In this document: in pieces, positions 59,226 to 64,000 of the stretch
How the letters are laid out: each line of letters opens with the position of its first letter
Position numbering within the stretch: position 1 is the stretch's first letter
Assembly: GCA_965153455.1 (NCBI GenBank)
Contig: OZ234493.1
Coordinates: 23,798,213-23,862,212, forward strand
Source of the DNA: Sphagnum compactum
Lineage: Eukaryota
Length of the DNA: 64,000 nt
Reading direction: 5' to 3'
Position numbers and translations under genes: made by a program
The notes under the pieces: model-generated
Seen by the model: only the letters and a program-made list of their open reading frames with translations
Database searches by the model: none
Told to the model about the DNA's origin: nothing

Positions 59226-61769
59226 ACCATATTGGTAGAATTGCACCATCAATACCCATTTCCAGGGCTTTTTTATATTTATTTATTTATTTATTTATTT
59301 TATTTGGTGCATTTTTGGTTCACTACATTCCCGGTGTCCGTTCCCCACTAAGGAAGAGGCACTGAGAACAAGGTGAACCAAAAAGGCTTTTGGGGGACCA
59401 GATTGGATGAAGACATTCATCCAACAATTCATGCAAACCATTAGGCTTTTAAGCATTGACAATTATGTTAAATTATGATCAATGAAAGGATAATTAATGA
59501 TTATGCATCAAGCAACAAAAGCTAAATCAAATATTTTGCAAAAAAATTCTATTCTATTTAAGGGTAAGAGTATGTATTATGTATGTTTTGCATAATTATC
59601 AACTCAATTAAAAGGAAATTATTTTTATCAAAGGGAATAATAAATAAAGATCCATAATCTTTCATTCATCCTACATATGCCATATGGATACAATAATCAT
59701 GTAAATGATAAGCTAAATCAAAATAGGTATGTGTTTATTTCATTACCCTTGGCATATTGGATAAAAGATTTACTTTCCCAACACTAAACAAAACTTTTCA
59801 ATTTTATTTCACCTCAGAAACTACAAGTCTTCTCAAAAAAAATTATGATTTTTATATTTTTTAAAAAAAATTAATGATATTTCTTGGGATTATTATTGTT
59901 TCTAACTATGGGAAATCCCACCTTTTCAAGGATCTTGCTCCAACAATTCAAAAAATTAAAGATCTTGAAATTATTTTTAGAATATTTTTCAAATTTTAAT
60001 AATGAATTAGTAATACTTTAATCACATAAATGTCAGTTTAAATGTAACAAATGCCCTCTTAAAAGAACATTTCAACCCCCTTAAAATGCATGTCATGAAA
60101 CTTATTTGGATTAATGGCAAACCCATTGCAAATGGTACAAAAAACAATCAAAACCATATGTTATCACACATGCTAAATACTCAAGTGGTAGGTTCAATGA
60201 TGCTTATACAAGGTGAATGTGTAAGTTTAAGAACAATACAAGTGAAAAAAATTCATTAAATACTTCAACCTTAGATATTACAACTAGTTAGAAAGAACTT
60301 GTAATTAGAACACGTCATTGAATGGGTCCATATTTTCTTGAAAATTAACCTAACCACATATGTGAATTGTTTCATGGAAACCCTTAGATGGATCTACCCA
60401 TGCAAGTCCAATGTATAAGCATTGACAAGGTTTTGGTTTACACAATTTATAAAAATCAATCCAACTTAAGATCAATGCTTGTCATATGCATATGCAACAT
60501 AATATGTGATTATAATGAATTATATGGAACAAAAGGCTATAATACAAATAGGATGGGCGGTCAAAACAATAAACATCACATCAAAACAACCTATTAATTG
60601 TAAAATAAACATGGGGACCTATTCTTGATTACACAATGCATGTAATGTATGTGCAAGTTTTATGAGGACAAAAGCGCATGGTCAAGTATCCATTGCATAC
60701 AATCACCTTTGAATGTAATTCCAAACCCACATGACTTGCCCCCAAATATAACACAAATGATATAACAAACGATGTTTCACCCTCCTTAGTTAAACACACA
60801 AAATTAATATTCTACATCAAAGGCTCCAAAGGTGGTGCAATGGTTATAAAATAAACATGCACAATAAAGGTGCATAGATAAGCATATTTATACCAAGAGA
60901 ATGAAAATACCATAAGTATAGGGGAATGCTTTGAGTTTTAAAAAGAGTGAAGATGAAAATGGAAAAAATATTTGAAGGGTTGTGGAAAAATTTATTATGT
61001 GTATTTGTTGTGTGGGGATAACGTAAAGTGTAACCTACATATGTGTTCATAAAAATTTAATTAAAGTTAACCCTCGTGAGTTTGGACCCTTTGTCCACTA
61101 CAAAAAGTGAACATTCCCATAGTTGGTTCAATTTGCCTTTGGCAATGGGAGGGAACAACACAAGCTTCACAACTAGTGAAATCCAACTTGCATATATAAT
61201 CTCAATTTTAATACATTTGACAATATATGAAATATTTGTTAACATGGATTTTCGTACTCTAAAAAACATCCAAGTGGTAGTTTTAAAAAGGAAAAAAAGT
61301 TGTGCAAATTTATAACAAAGAAACCAACCTAATTTTATTCTTCATTTTGTTGCAAAAATTGGCACACATATTGACAAGCTTTGGATCACCAAGACAAATT
61401 CATTTTATCATATTCATTTTCTTCCCTTCCTTTCTCAAATTGTAAATTCTCCGCCATTAGAGGTGACATAGAACTACAAAATATCTTTAAACTACTAGTT
61501 TCTAGTGCACATTTGTTGATATCAATATTATAATGGTTAAAAATAGAAAAAGAAGTAAAAATACAATTCATTCTAGAAGCAAGTTTGTTAAGATAAAATT
61601 TCTATAAGTGAAAGTGCAATATGGTATTAATGCCAAATGTGTTGATAGCAAGAAGGGAACAATCATATGTAAAATAAAATAAAATTTGACCAATTAACAC
61701 TAGTGGATAATCTATACATAGAGAGGTATTATAAATTCTTGTACTATTTTTGGTTCCAACCTTGATGTT

Positions 61770-62575
61770 GTGTGTGTAAATGGTTTACGCCTTACATTTT
61801 GAGTAAATGTAAAAATAAATACACTTATGTGGTTTTACATGGCCAAAATAATGTAAATGTAAGACAAATACATTTACATGGTTTTATGCAACTATGTATA
61901 ACAATGTAAAAAAATGTGATTTCTATTTCGTGGGGGGGGGGGGGGGGGGGGGAAGGGATTTCATAATGTTTTCGATGATAGGCCAACCAAATGGCCCATG
62001 GGAAAAAAAAAACCCATCAAAACATTTGTGCTTTGAGATGCACCATAACTAATTAATTTAATTAATATGAATCATAATAAGTACTTAAGTTCTTACAAAA
62101 GCTTAGGCCAAAAATGGTGATGAACAATGTTAGGAATAAAAAAATTATTTGAGCAACGAGGTGAGACAAAATGTGCATTCAAGATATTCCTTAGAATAAC
62201 ACCACCATGGTCCTATATTGGTAGAAAATTTTAATGTTTGGGGAGTATCAAAGTATCATGATTTTTTGTGAAGGGCTAATCAAAGTGGCCCATTGCACAT
62301 AAACATTTAGAGCTTTGGGATGCACCCACAACTAATTAATGTGGATTGCAAAAAGACATGGTCATTAAAGGTATATAATATATACACTTACATTTACACA
62401 CCCCACAACATTTTACACGAGGCTATGTAAATGTATTTAACAAATATTTACGAGTTGAATTCGTGTAAATGTGAATTTAAAATGTTTTTATACAAGGCAA
62501 TAATAGAGGTGTAAATGTAAAAAATTCATATGTGTAAAAGTAAACGATTTACACTTACATGAAATTTACACACCA
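61770..62575. mobile_element. MITE/foldback-like relic with GTAAAT/TTTAC-rich inverted arms and an internal insertion
   Basis: Left arm gtgtaaatggtttacgccttaca (~61774) is approximately the reverse complement of tgtaaaagtaaacgatttacac (~62533). The interior carries a G21 run (61932-61952) and direct repeats tggcccat..gcttt g.gatgcacc..aactaattaat at ~61990-62057 and ~62285-62340. Confidence 0.45.
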
Positions 62576-62889
62576 TATATTCGACTATTGACATTTAGAT
62601 GCACAACACTAGTTGCAACATCACCTCCATCACCAAAGAGGAGAAGATTTCACGTGCAATAAATTGTTCAATTGTAGAATGAGTTGAAGTTCACACCAAC
62701 CACTCGCACAACCATGGATGAAGAATTAATGTGGGAAAATATTCAATTTTTTAAATTTTGATATCTTTTACATGGTAGTTAAAAGAACAAACATTTATTG
62801 CTTAGCCTGAGCCTCGATGGTTATTATCATTTTGGGATTTATGTAAGAAAGAAAGAATATTACTTTTGGTGGGACCCAAATGCATGCCC

Positions 62890-63510
62890 CCAACTTACTA
62901 AAGGTTGGGTTTAGCGGACGAAACTAACCATGAACCTTCGAGTGTTTTGAAAGTGGAGTGGGATGATGAATATGACTTAGACCCCTCTAAGGAGAAAAAC
63001 CCACTTAAACATGCCAAAGAGCCACTAGCCACACATACATAAGGGAGGGGGTTTGGTTTGAACAAACAAAACAAGTCATTGTAGAATGGGAACACCAAAA
63101 CACCAACATCAAAGCTTAGAACAAACACAAAGATCAAAAGACCATGATCACGAATAGTAATGTGAAAATCAAAAGAACATAAAAAACCCCAACTTGAACA
63201 TATCAAAAAAATCAAGAACACCAACATGAAAACCATAAGAGCACAAGGTCTTTGATGAACTAGAAGAACATCAAGAACGTTAGCTTAGGAAGACTAAAAA
63301 ACATCAACATACCATAAAAACAAAAATTTGGGAAGACTGTAAGAACATTAAGAGCACTTGCTTAGGAAGGTTAGAAGAACATGAAAGTTAAAACACTAGT
63401 TCGAATGAACTAGGATAACATCAAAAACACGTGGTCAAATGGACCATAAATTTATGAAAAGCACCAATGTGAAGACCATAAGAACACTAAAAACATTAGG
63501 TCAAATTATA
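62890..63510. repeat. Degenerate aagaacatcaa-type repeat region, probable transposon relic
   Basis: Recurrent aagaac(a/g)(t/c)(c/t)aa(g/a)a and gcttaggaag motifs; strongly A-skewed. Confidence 0.5.
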
Positions 63511-64000
63511 ACACCCAAATTATGGATTTTCTTAACCATAATCATAATTTTAAAAATGTGTTTATTTGATGAATAATGTTCATTATATTATTTAGAGTGG
63601 TCAATTGAAGTTGAAGTTCATTATGCTTTTGTAGGGAAAATTTCCTTTTGGCTACCCAAGTTTGGATAAGTTCATCCATTATTATTCATTTTTCATCAAC
63701 TAAGTATAAAATTGATTTCTCATCATTCACTTTTGTCCATAATGAAATAATTGAAAGTTTGTTCAATAATGTACTTTAGATAATGGGCCTTAAGGAAGTT
63801 TGTACAAAAACTTTAATGAAAGTTTCATTGAGGTAGATCTAAAAATTGTATAAATTAGAATAATTTCCCCTTTTGACTTTGAATTTGTTCAACACAAGAA
63901 TAGGTATGACTTTGCATCATAACTTAATTCATTTTATCTCATGCATATTTTTTTAGGTTATTTGAAGAAAAAAAATTTTAAAAAAGTTTTAAAAATTTAT

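Overview
Eukaryotic land-plant nuclear DNA. The AT-rich intergenic DNA, intron-rich genes and decayed repeats suggest a bryophyte such as Sphagnum, but this is an inference and was not verified. Six intact multi-exon genes were assembled by hand with consistent splice phases: a Hyccin/FAM126-like PI4-kinase complex subunit (+, 7198-10712), an A1 aspartic protease with a Pro/Ser/Thr-rich tail and probable GPI signal (+, 22394-27002), a GH16 xyloglucan endotransglucosylase/hydrolase (+, 28392-31330), an RluA-family pseudouridine synthase (-, 33128-38114), an HVA22k-like protein transcribed head-to-head with it (+, 38288-41339), and an LRR receptor-like kinase (-, 48384-55737). Intergenic DNA holds a decayed CRE-like non-LTR retrotransposon with a C-terminal restriction-like endonuclease, a probable hAT transposase relic, Helitron-like non-autonomous repeats, a tRNA-derived relic, a 57-bp minisatellite and several local duplications. 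The most notable details are a probable U12-type intron at the pseudouridine synthase catalytic motif, a GC-AG intron, a variant XTH active-site motif and a malectin-less LRR-VIII-2-like kinase. I found no clearly new multi-gene system; most listed six-frame ORFs are exon fragments or spurious.
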